Shown here in pieces: positions 19,151-29,017 of a stretch of 64,000 nt of DNA. The position numbers were made by a program, and so were the translations under genes. Where the stretch lies: NCBI GenBank assembly GCA_963743885.1, contig CAVURJ010000001.1:502321-566320 (forward strand). The letters are read 5' to 3'. Positions within the stretch are counted from its first letter, which is position 1, and every line of letters starts with the position of its first letter. The notes below the pieces were generated by a model, which saw only the letters and a program-made list of their open reading frames with translations, was not told the origin of the DNA and did not search any database. This DNA is from Candidatus Moraniibacteriota bacterium (GTDB lineage Bacteria > Patescibacteriota > Minisyncoccia > Moranbacterales > UBA1568).

Positions 19151-19570
19151 ATGAAAATCTATTTCGCCGCTTCCATGCATGGGAGTTTTGAGGATAAGGA
19201 ATGGTATTTTCATATTGCTTCCTTCTTGAAAAAATACGGATCAGTGCTGACCGAGGACGTCTCTCGCGTCGAGTCGAATGACCTCGGGGAGAAGCAGAAG
19301 AACGTCATCGTCTATGAGCGCGATACCGGATGGATCGAGAAGGCTGATGTTGTGATCGCTGAGGTGACGACGCCCTCGCTTGAGGTCGGCTATGAGATTG
19401 GGCTTGCGGAGCGACTCGGAAAACCGATACTCTGTCTGCTTCGGAAACGTGATCATACCGTCCTGTCGCCGATCATCGCCGGGAATCGGCACATCATGAT
19501 CCGTCAGTATGCGAGCATGATAGAGATAGAATCCCATTTGGAATATTTTTTCGAACACCCGAACGGATAA
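19151..19570 (+). CDS. Nucleoside 2-deoxyribosyltransferase-like protein
   Basis: MKIYFAASMHGS...VIAEVTTPSLEVGYEIGLAE, the pattern of the nucleoside deoxyribosyltransferase / Rcl family. Confidence 0.55.
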   Translation: MKIYFAASMHGSFEDKEWYFHIASFLKKYGSVLTEDVSRVESNDLGEKQKNVIVYERDTGWIEKADVVIAEVTTPSLEVGYEIGLAERLGKPILCLLRKRDHTVLSPIIAGNRHIMIRQYASMIEIESHLEYFFEHPNG

Positions 19571-19576
19571 AAGAAT

Positions 19577-21052
19577 ATGGCAAAGTACAATGTCACGATA
19601 GGCATGGAGGTGCATGCGGAGCTCAAGACAGCTTCCAAGATGTTTTGTCGCTGCAAGAACGGCCTCGGCCTTGAGACCGAGCCGAATGTGAACATCTGCC
19701 CGGTCTGCACAGGTCAGCCAGGGACGCTGCCAGTGCCGAACCGTCAGGCGATTGAGTCCGTCCAGCGTGTCGGTTTGGCTCTTGGCTGTACACTTCGTCT
19801 CAAGTCGAAGTTTGACCGTAAGAACTATTTCTATCCAGACATCCCAAAGGGTTATCAGATTTCTCAGTATGACCAGCCGTTCTGCGAGCAGGGCACAATG
19901 AAGATCGATGGTGAGACATTCCGCATTACACGTATCCATCTTGAAGAAGATACGGGTAAGTCGATGCATCCAGCGGGAGCGGACCACACACTCGTCGATT
20001 TCAACCGGGCCGGCGTGTCGCTCATGGAGCTCGTGACGGAGCCTGATTTTTCGACCGGCAAGGATGCTCGTCTGTTCTGCCAGAAGCTCCGCCAGACACT
20101 CCGATATCTCGAGGTGTCCGATGCTGATATGGAGAAGGGGCAGATGCGCTGCGAAGTGAACATCTCACTGTATCCTGAGGGTGCTGACCGATTGTCCGGG
20201 ACCAAGGTGGAGGTGAAGAACCTCAACTCCTTCAAGACGGTCGAGCGCGCTATTGAGTACGAGATCAGGCGCCAGACAGAAGCGCTCGAAGCTGGCGAGA
20301 AGATCGTTCAGGAGACTCGCGGGTGGGATGAAGGCAAGCAGGCGACTGTTTCTCAGCGCAAGAAGGAATCCGCGCATGATTATCGATATTTCCCTGAGCC
20401 GGATATCCCGCCGTTCGAGTTTACTCCGGAGTACGTCGAGGGACTTCGGGCGACGCTGCCGGAGATGCCTGATACCAAGACTGCGCGTTTCATCTCGCAG
20501 TACGGGTTGCCGGAGGCGGACGCGGTCATCCTGACGGACGATCGTGGGTTTGCGGCGTACTATGAGGCGGCACTTTCCGAGATCGATGCGAAGATCCAGT
20601 CCAAGGAGATAGCAGCGCCGATTGAACGTGCTGCCAAGCTTGCTGCGAACTACATGCTGACGGAAGTGCGCAAGCATCTTTCTGAGAGCGGGCAGTCGGT
20701 CGCGGAGATGTCGATTACGGCGGAGAACTATGCCGAGTTCGTCGGTCTAGTCGCCGATAGTAAGATCAACTCGAGCGCAGCTCAGACAGTGCTCGCTGAG
20801 ATGTACAAAGGTGGCGACAATGACCCATCGCACATCGTGGAGAGGCTCAATCTCGGACAGGTCTCGGATACGGGCGAGCTCGAGAAGGTCGTGGATCAGG
20901 TACTTGAGCGGAACGAACAGTCCGTCGTGGATTTCAAAGCTGGCAAGCAGAACGCGCTTCAGTTCCTCATGGGTCAGGTCATGTCGGCTACAAAGGGAAA
21001 AGCCAACCCGCCTATGGTAATGGAATTATTGAGGAAAAAGCTGAATAGCTGA
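19577..21052 (+). CDS. gatB: Asp-tRNA(Asn)/Glu-tRNA(Gln) amidotransferase subunit B
   Basis: MAKYNVTIGMEVHAELKTASKMFCRCKNG...CPVCTGQPGTLP and a C-terminal YqeY-like tail. A divergent duplicate of the last ~20 codons lies just downstream in another frame. Confidence 0.9.
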   Translation: MAKYNVTIGMEVHAELKTASKMFCRCKNGLGLETEPNVNICPVCTGQPGTLPVPNRQAIESVQRVGLALGCTLRLKSKFDRKNYFYPDIPKGYQISQYDQPFCEQGTMKIDGETFRITRIHLEEDTGKSMHPAGADHTLVDFNRAGVSLMELVTEPDFSTGKDARLFCQKLRQTLRYLEVSDADMEKGQMRCEVNISLYPEGADRLSGTKVEVKNLNSFKTVERAIEYEIRRQTEALEAGEKIVQETRGWDEGKQATVSQRKKESAHDYRYFPEPDIPPFEFTPEYVEGLRATLPEMPDTKTARFISQYGLPEADAVILTDDRGFAAYYEAALSEIDAKIQSKEIAAPIERAAKLAANYMLTEVRKHLSESGQSVAEMSITAENYAEFVGLVADSKINSSAAQTVLAEMYKGGDNDPSHIVERLNLGQVSDTGELEKVVDQVLERNEQSVVDFKAGKQNALQFLMGQVMSATKGKANPPMVMELLRKKLNS

Positions 21053-21159
21053 TGACTCCAGATCCGCCTCGGGCGGAAAGGAAACGAAGGGCAAAGCGAA
21101 TCCGCCGATGGTAATGGAGTTGCTACGGAAGAAGCTTGGCGCATAATCTTCTACAAAAG

Positions 21160-21194
21160 AAAAATCCTGTCGGATTCGCCGACAGGATTTTTTG
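21160..21194. terminator. Bidirectional intrinsic terminator between gatB (+) and miaA (-)
   Basis: A-run, atcctgtcgg-attcg-ccgacaggat, then T-run. Confidence 0.65.
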
Positions 21195-21206
21195 TTACGT
21201 AACGAG

Positions 21207-22142
21207 TTACGTAATTATCTTCGTAGCTTCCTCCGGGTCGGAGATCCAGTGGACCTTAAGGCCGGAGCGTTCCAGGCGGCGGAGGAAAGTGAGCTGACGT
21301 TTGGCGTACTGACGGATTTCGGTCTCGAGCTTTTCGAGCATTTCCTCACGGGAGATCTTCTTCTCTAGAAAGAGCGCGACGTATCGGTACTCGAGCCCGA
21401 AGCTTTCGAGTCGCTGCCAGCTGACTCCTTCCGTATGCAGACGGTCGACTTCTTCGATCATGCCTTGATCAAGGCGCTTTAGGAGGCGAGTTTTGATCCT
21501 TTCGTTGAGGATTTCTTTGTCCGGGACCAAAGCGATGATTTGGTAGTTGGTAGCTGGTAGTTTGTAGCTGGTAGCTGGTGCAGGGACGGAGCCGAGAGTC
21601 TCACAAATCTCGAGGGCGCGGATGAGGCGGATCTTGTTCTTCACGTCGATAGTTTTTGCGCGAGCTGGATCTTTCTCTTCGAGCATAGCGAAGAGCTCAT
21701 CGGTGGAGAGCTTTCCGAGCTTCTTGCGGAGCGTGGGATCCGGCTTTACGGCCGGGAGGGGGTTGCCTATAAGGAGTGCCTCGATCCAGAAGTGCGTCCC
21801 ACCGCAGACGATTGGCACCTTGCCTCGCTTTCGGATATCGGCGATCGCTTTTTCCGCATCACGGACGAAGTGCGAGACATTGTAGCTCCGCTTCGGACTC
21901 GCGACGTCGATCAGGTGATGTCGGATGCCTTCGGAATAGAATCTTGAATCTTGAATCTTGAATCTTGAATCTTCGGCAAGGTCTCGTGTCACCTTACCGG
22001 TCCCAATATCCATTCCTCGGTACACCTGCCGACTGTCAGCCGAGATGACTTCGCCATCATATTTCTTGGCGAGCGCGATAGTCAAATCCGACTTGCCGGA
22101 GGCAGTAGGACCAGCTATGACAATAACTTTTTTATGGGACAT
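21207..22142 (-). CDS. miaA: tRNA dimethylallyltransferase MiaA
   Basis: VIVIAGPTASGKSDLTIALAKKYDGEVISADSRQVYRGMDIGTGK. Contains two in-frame tandem-repeat inserts, giving PAPATSYKLPATNYQ and DSRFKIQDSRFY in the protein. Confidence 0.85.
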   Translation of the reverse strand: MSHKKVIVIAGPTASGKSDLTIALAKKYDGEVISADSRQVYRGMDIGTGKVTRDLAEDSRFKIQDSRFYSEGIRHHLIDVASPKRSYNVSHFVRDAEKAIADIRKRGKVPIVCGGTHFWIEALLIGNPLPAVKPDPTLRKKLGKLSTDELFAMLEEKDPARAKTIDVKNKIRLIRALEICETLGSVPAPATSYKLPATNYQIIALVPDKEILNERIKTRLLKRLDQGMIEEVDRLHTEGVSWQRLESFGLEYRYVALFLEKKISREEMLEKLETEIRQYAKRQLTFLRRLERSGLKVHWISDPEEATKIIT

Positions 22143-22255
22143 AAAAAAGAATTCCTAATATCTAATACCTAATTCCTAATGAAATGCCAAATTCTTTAAT
22201 TTTGGAATTTTGATATTAAAATTTTGTTAGAAATTAGAAATTGGGAATTAGAAAT
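22143..22255. repeat. AT-rich intergenic element, copy E (aattcctaat / gaaattagaaatt repeats)
   Basis: aattcctaatatctaatacctaattcctaat...gaaattagaaattgggaattagaaattt, between miaA and dnaE. Confidence 0.4.
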
Positions 22256-25200
22256 TTAGCCAACGGATTCTACTCCTTCAAGTGCTTGGATCCGCGTGAG
22301 GTGTTCGGGTGATGGATCGAGCGAGAAGGTTGTCTCGATGGTGGCGCCTTGGATCTTGACGGAGACCTTCTTCGGTCCGGCGGGGATGGTTTTTAAGAGA
22401 TGGGAAAGGGATTCGATGATTTTGGCTGGAGCGTCATTCTTGACGACGATGATCAATCTTTCAGTTGTAGGAGCATTGGTATCGGGTCGAGCGAGCTTGG
22501 CGCGGGTGGCTTCGACGCGGGCAAACTGATGTACGTCGGTCTGGGAGATCCGCTTGACGCCTTCGGCGAGCGCACGGACCTGGCCGTCCTTGTGCGAGAT
22601 GCGCACGTCGACGATGACGACTTCGTCCTCGACCCAGGATTCGGCAGTGCGTTCGGCAGCGCGGCCGAAGACGAGGAGCTCGGTGCGTCCGGTCATATCC
22701 TCGAGACCGACGAAGAACATCGTGCTGCCGTTCTTGGTGAGGACCTTGCGGACGGCCGTGATGACGCCGCCGACATCGGCGCGCGCGCCGTCCGGCTGCT
22801 TCTCGATATCGCGGAGTGCGGTGATAGTCTTGTCGAAATAAGCCTGATAGTCGGAGACAGGATGGTCGCTTACGTAGAGGCCGAGGAGCTCTTTCTCCCA
22901 GCCGAGCCGCGCCTTCTTGACTGCTGGTACGGCCGCTGCGAGCTCTATCCGGGTCTCGGGCATGTCCATACCGCCGAAGAGGCTGTCGGCGTGGGTATCA
23001 GCGATGGTCTTGAGATTTTTCGAGTATTTCAGGATGGCGTCGATGCTCTCGAGCATCTGGTTGCGCTCTCCGAAGTCCTCAAGGGCGCCGACCTTGGAGA
23101 GTGATTCGAGCGATCGCTTGTTGAGGTCTTTGGTTTGCACGCGTTCGACGAAGTCCTCGATGCTCTTGAATTTCCCTCCGGCCTTGCGTACCTTCACGAT
23201 CTCTTCAGTACAGACCGATCCGACGTTCTTGATGGCGTTCAGTCCGAAGCGGATGCGCTCTTTGCCACCCGCCTCGCCGTGAGTCGCGGCTGGGTCGTCG
23301 CCTACGATGACGGCGAAGTCCTCGAAGCTTTCATTGACGGATGGTGGCAGGACCTCGAGGCCGATCTCGCGGGCTTCGCGTACTTCGATGGCGACGCGGT
23401 CGGTATCGTGTTGGTCGCTTGTGAGGAGGGCAGCCATGAATTCGGCCGGGTAGTGCGCCTTGAGGTAAGCGGTCTGGTAGCCGATGAGCGCATAACAGGC
23501 GGCATGGGAACGGTTGAAGCCGTAGCCGGCGAACGGTTCGATGAAGGCGAAGACCTGCTCGCCGATCTTTCGGCCGACCCCGGTCTTTTCGCAGCCCTCG
23601 ATGAATTTCTCGCGCTGTTCGGCGACGAGCTCGACGATCTTCTTACCGACAGCCTTGCGGAGCACGTCTGCTTCGCCGAGAGAGAATCCAGCGAGGTCGC
23701 GCGCGATCTGCATGAGCTGTTCCTGGTAGACGGCGACGCCGTAGGTATTGCGGAGGATCGGTTCGAGCTTGGGATGGAGGTATTCGACGGTCTTGGTACC
23801 GTGCTTGCCGCCGATGAAGTCGGGGATGTAGTCCATTGGGCCTGGCCGGTACAGGGCGACCATAGCGATGATATCTTCGAAGACGGATGGTTTCAGCTGC
23901 TTGAGATAGCGTTTCATGCCGGTCGATTCCAACTGGAAGACGCCGGTCGTATGTGCGTCCTGGAGCAGCTTGAAAGCGGCTTCGTCATCGAGCGGCAGCC
24001 GGCTCATGATGTCGGCGACGGAAGCAGTCTCAGCATCCAGGCCGAGCTTTTCTGCGAGGGGGCCGAGCTTGCCTAAGGCGCGCACGATGCGGAGCGTATT
24101 TTGGATGATCGTGAGGTTCTTGAGACCGAGGAAGTCCATCTTGAGGAGACCGATCTTCTCGACGGCGTTGGCCTTGGTTGAGGAAGCGTACTGGGTCACG
24201 ACGCCTTCGCGCGAACCGGACACACGCTGGAGTGGAGTGTATTCGGTGACGGGGTCCTTGGTGATGACAACGCCGCAGGCATGCATTGATGTGTGGCGCG
24301 CGAGCCCCTCGATGTTCTGGGCGGCATCGATGAGCCGTTTGGCATCGGCGTTGCTCTCGTAGTGCTGCTTGAATTCCGGTACCTCTTCGAGTGCCTTCTT
24401 GATCGAGGTGAACATCGGGATCATCTTGGCGGTCTGGTCGCAGAGCGGAAGTGGGATGCCGAGCGCGCGGCCGACATCGCGGATGGAGCCGCGAGCAGCC
24501 ATCGTTCCGAAGGTGATGATCTGCGCCACGTGGTCATTGCCGTATTTCTCACGCACGTAGTTGAGCACGTCTTCGCGGCGATCATCAGCGAAGTCCATGT
24601 CGACGTCCGGCATCGAGATACGCTCCGGGTTGAGGAAGCGCTCGAAGAGGAGGTCATACTTGATCGGGTCGAGATCGGTGATGGCGGTGAGATAGGCGAC
24701 GAACGAGCCGGCAGCCGATCCACGGCCGGGGCCGACGACGACGCCGTTATCCTTGGCCCAGTTGGTGAAGTCCTGGACGATCAAGAAGTATGAGGCGAAG
24801 CCGGTCTTTTCGATGATGGAGAGTTCGTAGTCGAGCCGCTCGCGTTGTTCGGGGGTGATCTCCTGCCCGGGGAAGCGCTTCGCGAGGCCGATCTCGCAGA
24901 GCTCGCGGAGCACCTGGTCGGCTGTCTTGCCTTCCGGCAGCGGGAAGGATGGGAGGTGGTTTTGGCCGAGCTCTATCTTCACGTTGCAGGCATCCGCGAT
25001 CTTCTGGGTATTCTCGATGGCCTCGGGGATATCTTTGAAGATCTCCGCCATCTCTTCGGAGGAGCGGAGCGACAGGTCGAGTGCTTTCATGCTGAAACGC
25101 TCGGTGTCCGTGACACGTTTGTTGTCTCGGATGCAGAGGAGGACATCCTGGATCACACTATCTTCTTTCTTCACGTAGTGGACATCGCTCGCGGCAACGA

Positions 25201-25801
25201 CCGGGATGCCGGTCTCGCGGCTGATCTGGACGAGGCCCTGGTTGGCTGCGACCTGGTTTTCGATATCGGTGTGCGGCCCGAGCTCGAGATAGAAATTACC
25301 CGCGCCGAAGATGTCCTGGTATTCGAGGGCAGCGAGCTTGGCGCGTTCATAGTTGCCATAGATGACCTCGGACGGTACCTCGCCCTGCATGGAGCCCGAG
25401 AGCGCGATTAGTCCCTCGCCATACTGCTTGAGGAGCTTCTTGTCAGCGCGCGCCTTGTAGTAGAAACCTTCGAGCTGTGCAATCGAGATGATCTTCATTA
25501 GGTTCTTGTAGCCGATCTCGTTTCGGGCGAGGAGGACCAGCTGGTGGCGGCGTTTGTCTTCGGAGGTGTTGTTCTTGCTCCGGAGATCCTTGCAGATCCA
25601 GACTTCCGCTCCGATGATGGGCTTCACGCCGTAGTCCTTCGCGTGCATATAGAACTCGATCGAGCCGTACATGGCGGATGTGTCGGTGAGTGCGAGCGAG
25701 GTCATCCCGAGTTCCTGCGCGCGCTTCAAGAGGTCATCGACCCGAGGAAGGGCGGTGAGGAGAGAGTAGTGAGAGTGGACGTGGAGATGAGTAAATTGCA
25801 T
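22256..25801 (-). CDS. dnaE: DNA polymerase III alpha subunit DnaE
   Basis: 1181 aa. N-terminal PHP domain MQFTHLHVHSHYSLL, palm and fingers domains, and OB fold. Confidence 0.9.
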   Translation of the reverse strand: MQFTHLHVHSHYSLLTALPRVDDLLKRAQELGMTSLALTDTSAMYGSIEFYMHAKDYGVKPIIGAEVWICKDLRSKNNTSEDKRRHQLVLLARNEIGYKNLMKIISIAQLEGFYYKARADKKLLKQYGEGLIALSGSMQGEVPSEVIYGNYERAKLAALEYQDIFGAGNFYLELGPHTDIENQVAANQGLVQISRETGIPVVAASDVHYVKKEDSVIQDVLLCIRDNKRVTDTERFSMKALDLSLRSSEEMAEIFKDIPEAIENTQKIADACNVKIELGQNHLPSFPLPEGKTADQVLRELCEIGLAKRFPGQEITPEQRERLDYELSIIEKTGFASYFLIVQDFTNWAKDNGVVVGPGRGSAAGSFVAYLTAITDLDPIKYDLLFERFLNPERISMPDVDMDFADDRREDVLNYVREKYGNDHVAQIITFGTMAARGSIRDVGRALGIPLPLCDQTAKMIPMFTSIKKALEEVPEFKQHYESNADAKRLIDAAQNIEGLARHTSMHACGVVITKDPVTEYTPLQRVSGSREGVVTQYASSTKANAVEKIGLLKMDFLGLKNLTIIQNTLRIVRALGKLGPLAEKLGLDAETASVADIMSRLPLDDEAAFKLLQDAHTTGVFQLESTGMKRYLKQLKPSVFEDIIAMVALYRPGPMDYIPDFIGGKHGTKTVEYLHPKLEPILRNTYGVAVYQEQLMQIARDLAGFSLGEADVLRKAVGKKIVELVAEQREKFIEGCEKTGVGRKIGEQVFAFIEPFAGYGFNRSHAACYALIGYQTAYLKAHYPAEFMAALLTSDQHDTDRVAIEVREAREIGLEVLPPSVNESFEDFAVIVGDDPAATHGEAGGKERIRFGLNAIKNVGSVCTEEIVKVRKAGGKFKSIEDFVERVQTKDLNKRSLESLSKVGALEDFGERNQMLESIDAILKYSKNLKTIADTHADSLFGGMDMPETRIELAAAVPAVKKARLGWEKELLGLYVSDHPVSDYQAYFDKTITALRDIEKQPDGARADVGGVITAVRKVLTKNGSTMFFVGLEDMTGRTELLVFGRAAERTAESWVEDEVVIVDVRISHKDGQVRALAEGVKRISQTDVHQFARVEATRAKLARPDTNAPTTERLIIVVKNDAPAKIIESLSHLLKTIPAGPKKVSVKIQGATIETTFSLDPSPEHLTRIQALEGVESVG

Positions 25802-26032
25802 AGCAATTTTTAGATGTATGATGTATGATTTTGGATTTATGAGTCTATTCTTAAATCGTAATTCTAAAATCTTAAATCTTCCAAATAAAAAACCGCATCG
25901 AAAATGATGAAGCGGAATTTGAAATTTGGCATTTAAGCTTTGGCATTGTTGTGTATTCCCTCATAGCCCGGCTTGCGCCTCGGGGTTTGCAGGGAAATTT
26001 ACCGTGTTTCCAGTATAGCGGGTTTTCTAGGT

Positions 26033-26094
26033 AAAAAAAAGCCCGCCCGAATCGCTCCGTGAGTATGTTCACGTACGAAACGGTGCGGGCGGGC
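26033..26094 (-). terminator. Intrinsic terminator (minus strand)
   Basis: gcccgcccg...cgggcgggc 9-bp GC stem with a long loop. On the minus strand it is followed by TTTTTTTT. Confidence 0.45.
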
Positions 26095-26330
26095 CCGCTG
26101 GCGCAGCGCGCGAGCGGGGAGTTTTTGGTCTTTCTCAGCCTCCGAAATACCATAGGGAGGCTTTGATGGTGATAGCCGCTGAGAGGATTATGTAGGTTGT
26201 TCCGCCTATGAGTCCGGAGCATTTGTTGTTCAGCTCGGATCTCAGATGCAGGATCTCCCAGAGAAGTCGGAATGGATTCATCGGAACTGCTCCTTCTGTT
26301 GGGAGGGCAAGGAAATCAAAGCAATGCTCA

Positions 26331-27014
26331 TTATATCCAGCCGTAGAAGCGGTGGCGGATACGGGCGAGCATCTCATAGACGAGCCAGAGATTCGGACCC
26401 CTGGTTTGCCACTGGAGCGAACTGCGATCGTACCACTCTTTGGATGGATCGTGTATATCTGTCGCTGCGACGCCGAAGATTTTTCGGGCGATGAAGAAAC
26501 AACGCTGGATATGTTCGGGATGAGCGACGATGAGCGGGATACGCAGACAGTGTGCTTCAGCGATGCTAAAAGCTGTGAGCATCATGGCGCGCGTCGTCCA
26601 TTTTCCGGCGATAGGCGGCCAAATCGGGAAGAGGATTTCTTGATGCTCCGCGTACCAGTTCGGCTCGATGAGCCACATAGCGTAGAGCACTTCCCATTGG
26701 CCGATGATAGGACGTATGACTAGATGCTTTGGAGCGTTGTATTTGGCGAGTCGAATGCAACGTTGGGCGAGGATTTGGTTCGGTTGACCGGGATCGAAGT
26801 GGCGTATTTTGAGCCATTCAAATGTTGCGATGTCGTTGCTGATTGCATTGCGTTCTCGGCGTACCGTGCAGACATTTTTGTCGGAATATGTATTGCGACC
26901 AAAGGCTTGGGGACAGATGAATTCGGCTTGATTGGGATAGGTGCGACCATCGCCGATTCTGTAGAACGATTCCGGCAGGAACCATGAAGCAATCATGCTG
27001 TCGCGGATGGACAT
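26331..27014 (-). CDS. Hypothetical protein (possible DUF218/YdcF-SanA-like)
   Basis: 227 aa. Weak resemblance to DUF218 (VAHPEHIQRCFFIARKIFG). Family assignment is not secure. Confidence 0.4.
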   Translation of the reverse strand: MSIRDSMIASWFLPESFYRIGDGRTYPNQAEFICPQAFGRNTYSDKNVCTVRRERNAISNDIATFEWLKIRHFDPGQPNQILAQRCIRLAKYNAPKHLVIRPIIGQWEVLYAMWLIEPNWYAEHQEILFPIWPPIAGKWTTRAMMLTAFSIAEAHCLRIPLIVAHPEHIQRCFFIARKIFGVAATDIHDPSKEWYDRSSLQWQTRGPNLWLVYEMLARIRHRFYGWI

Positions 27015-27249
27015 GGGACGTCTCCTTTTTGGTGGGGTTGTCAGGCGGTTGTTAAGGAATGGCGTATTATACCAAAATTGACGGAAAAGTCAACTAGTAG
27101 ACGAGGATGGTATACTGGAGTTATGCCCGGTAGTAGAATTTCGACTGGGTTTTTAAAAGCTTGTGATTATAATGAAGTCTGAAAAGATAAGCGTTTATTG
27201 AAGCTTCTTCAGTTTTTGAAAGAAGATTGTCGAAGTTTCACTACCGGGT

Positions 27250-27972
27250 ATGCAGATAACGACATTCGACAAAGAAAAGGAGCGAGCCTTGCTCGGGCAC
27301 CGATATATTATCGGTGTCGATGAGGTGGGTCGTGGTCCTTTGGCTGGGCCAGTGGTAGCCGCAGCGGTCCGGTACAAGGACCCTGATTTCGTTATTCCTG
27401 AAGAATTGGAAAAAGAATTTGCGCTGATCCGCGATTCCAAGAAACTGTCAGAGAAGCAGCGTGAGAAAATATACGGCCTTATCAGTGAGCGGTTCGAGAT
27501 CGGTATCGGTATCATCTCGGCGGAGACGATTGACCGGGTGAATATCCTCGAGGCGACGTTTCTGGCAATGAAGAGCGCGGTAACCGCGCTCAGACAACAG
27601 TTAGCAGTCAACAGTCAACAGAAAATCGCGGATGAGGAAATGTATTTTTTGATCGATGGGAATCAGAAGATTCCGAATTTTTCATATAAACAAGAGGCGA
27701 TCGTCGGGGGAGATGGCATCGTGAAGTCGATCGCGGCGGCGTCGATCATCGCCAAGGTGACGCGGGACCGGATGATCGCGGAATACGACAAAGAATACCC
27801 GGGCTATGGGTTTGCTGAGCACAAAGGCTATGGTACGAAGGTGCATATGGATGCTCTGCGGCACAAAGGGCCGTGCCCGATCCATCGGAGGTCATTCCGG
27901 CCAGTACAGCTTGCACTGCCGGAAAACGTGAATAAGCGGTTTTCTGGGGTTTTGAAACCAAAAAAACCATAA
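27250..27972 (+). CDS. rnhB: Ribonuclease HII
   Basis: IIGVDEVGRGPLAGPVVAAAV...LIDG...KVTRDRMIAEYDKEYPGYGFAEHKGYGT. In-frame heptamer-repeat insert QQLAVNSQQK. Basic C-terminal tail. Confidence 0.85.
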   Translation: MQITTFDKEKERALLGHRYIIGVDEVGRGPLAGPVVAAAVRYKDPDFVIPEELEKEFALIRDSKKLSEKQREKIYGLISERFEIGIGIISAETIDRVNILEATFLAMKSAVTALRQQLAVNSQQKIADEEMYFLIDGNQKIPNFSYKQEAIVGGDGIVKSIAAASIIAKVTRDRMIAEYDKEYPGYGFAEHKGYGTKVHMDALRHKGPCPIHRRSFRPVQLALPENVNKRFSGVLKPKKP

Positions 27973-28100
27973 AAGCACCAAATTCAAAATTATAAGCTCC
28001 AAATAAATACAAAATTACAATTTTTCAAATCGAGATATGTTTTTTAGTTTTGGATATTGAAATTTATTTGGGATTTGTAATTTTGAATTTGTGATTTAGG
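27973..28100. repeat. AT-rich palindromic intergenic element, copy D (divergent)
   Basis: aagctccaaataaatacaaaattacaattttt...aaatttatttgggatttgtaattttgaattt. It contains both orientations of the ccaaataaat word. Confidence 0.45.
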
Positions 28101-28152
28101 AAGGACTCTTGCCAAAGTGCGGGAAAGCTGATACAGTGGCCATATTGAATAA

Positions 28153-28377
28153 TTGGAGTTAAGAACGAAAGTTATGGCCCTGCCGAAGCAAAGACATACC
28201 CGACATCGCCGCGATCGCGCTCGCAAGGAGCATGACGTGACGCTCGTGAATACCCAGGAGTGCCCGAAGTGCAAGTCCCGCATCCTGTCCCATCGCGCCT
28301 GCCCGACCTGTGGCACGTACAAGGGGAAGGAAGTGAAGGGCGCTGCTCCGAAGGTCAAGGCGAAGAAGGCGGCATAA
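28153..28377 (+). CDS. rpmF: 50S ribosomal protein L32
   Basis: MALPKQRHTRHRRDRARKEH...CPKCKSRILSHRACPTCGTYKG zinc ribbon. Confidence 0.8.
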   Translation: MELRTKVMALPKQRHTRHRRDRARKEHDVTLVNTQECPKCKSRILSHRACPTCGTYKGKEVKGAAPKVKAKKAA

Positions 28378-28416
28378 GACCGCTTTTTTTCCGATTCCTT
28401 TCCGTTTCAAAATAAA

Positions 28417-28989
28417 ATGGCCAACAGACATCTTCAGCGATCGGTAGCGATGCAGTCCCTCTTCGAGTGGGATTTTAAAGGCAAGCACGACGAGCAGTCG
28501 CGCGAGGTTTTGAAGCGCAATCTGGAAGAATTCGCTCCGGGACTTGAGGACGGTATCTTCGCTGGTCAGCTTATCGAAGGCACGCTCCGTGAACGTCCGA
28601 CGATCGACAAACTCATCGAGAAGTGCGCGCCGGAATGGCCGCTCGAGCAGGTGACGGTGATTGACCGCAATATTCTTCGTCTCGGCATCTACGAGCTCAT
28701 GTTCGGCAATTATGACGAGGTGCCGCCGAAGGTAGCGATCAATGAAGCAATTGAGCTTGCCAAGACATTCGGCAGTGATGCGAGTCCGCGGTTTGTGAAC
28801 GGTGTGCTCGGCACGATCTATCGCGAGATGGGCGAGCCGATGAAGGATGACATTTCCGAGAACCACAAGCGTAACCTTGAGAAGCAGGAGAAAGAGGCTG
28901 GCGAGCAGGCCGAGAAGACGGTAAAGACAGCCGCCGCAGCGAAAGTGAAGAAGGCAGCCAAAAAGACAGTCAAGAAAAGCGCCGTCTAA
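28417..28989 (+). CDS. nusB: Transcription antitermination factor NusB
   Basis: [13 protein letters not shown]...[15 protein letters not shown]...PRFVNGVLG with a Lys/Ala-rich C-terminal tail. Confidence 0.8.
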   Translation: MANRHLQRSVAMQSLFEWDFKGKHDEQSREVLKRNLEEFAPGLEDGIFAGQLIEGTLRERPTIDKLIEKCAPEWPLEQVTVIDRNILRLGIYELMFGNYDEVPPKVAINEAIELAKTFGSDASPRFVNGVLGTIYREMGEPMKDDISENHKRNLEKQEKEAGEQAEKTVKTAAAAKVKKAAKKTVKKSAV

Positions 28990-29017
28990 GGCGCTTTTTG
29001 AAAAGCACCACCACTAT

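Noticed and set aside
22400-25411. Long plus-strand ORFs (22400..23104, 23135..24076, 24293..24793, 24845..25411) inside dnaE
   Set aside because: They are antisense to a well-supported 1181-aa DnaE. Their low-complexity Asp/Gly/Ala-rich translations are typical of antisense frames of GC-rich coding DNA.
25872-26377. ORFs 25872..26222 (-) and 26135..26377 (-) in the dnaE upstream region
   Set aside because: No RBS and no homology. The region is better explained as a promoter/terminator-bearing intergenic spacer.
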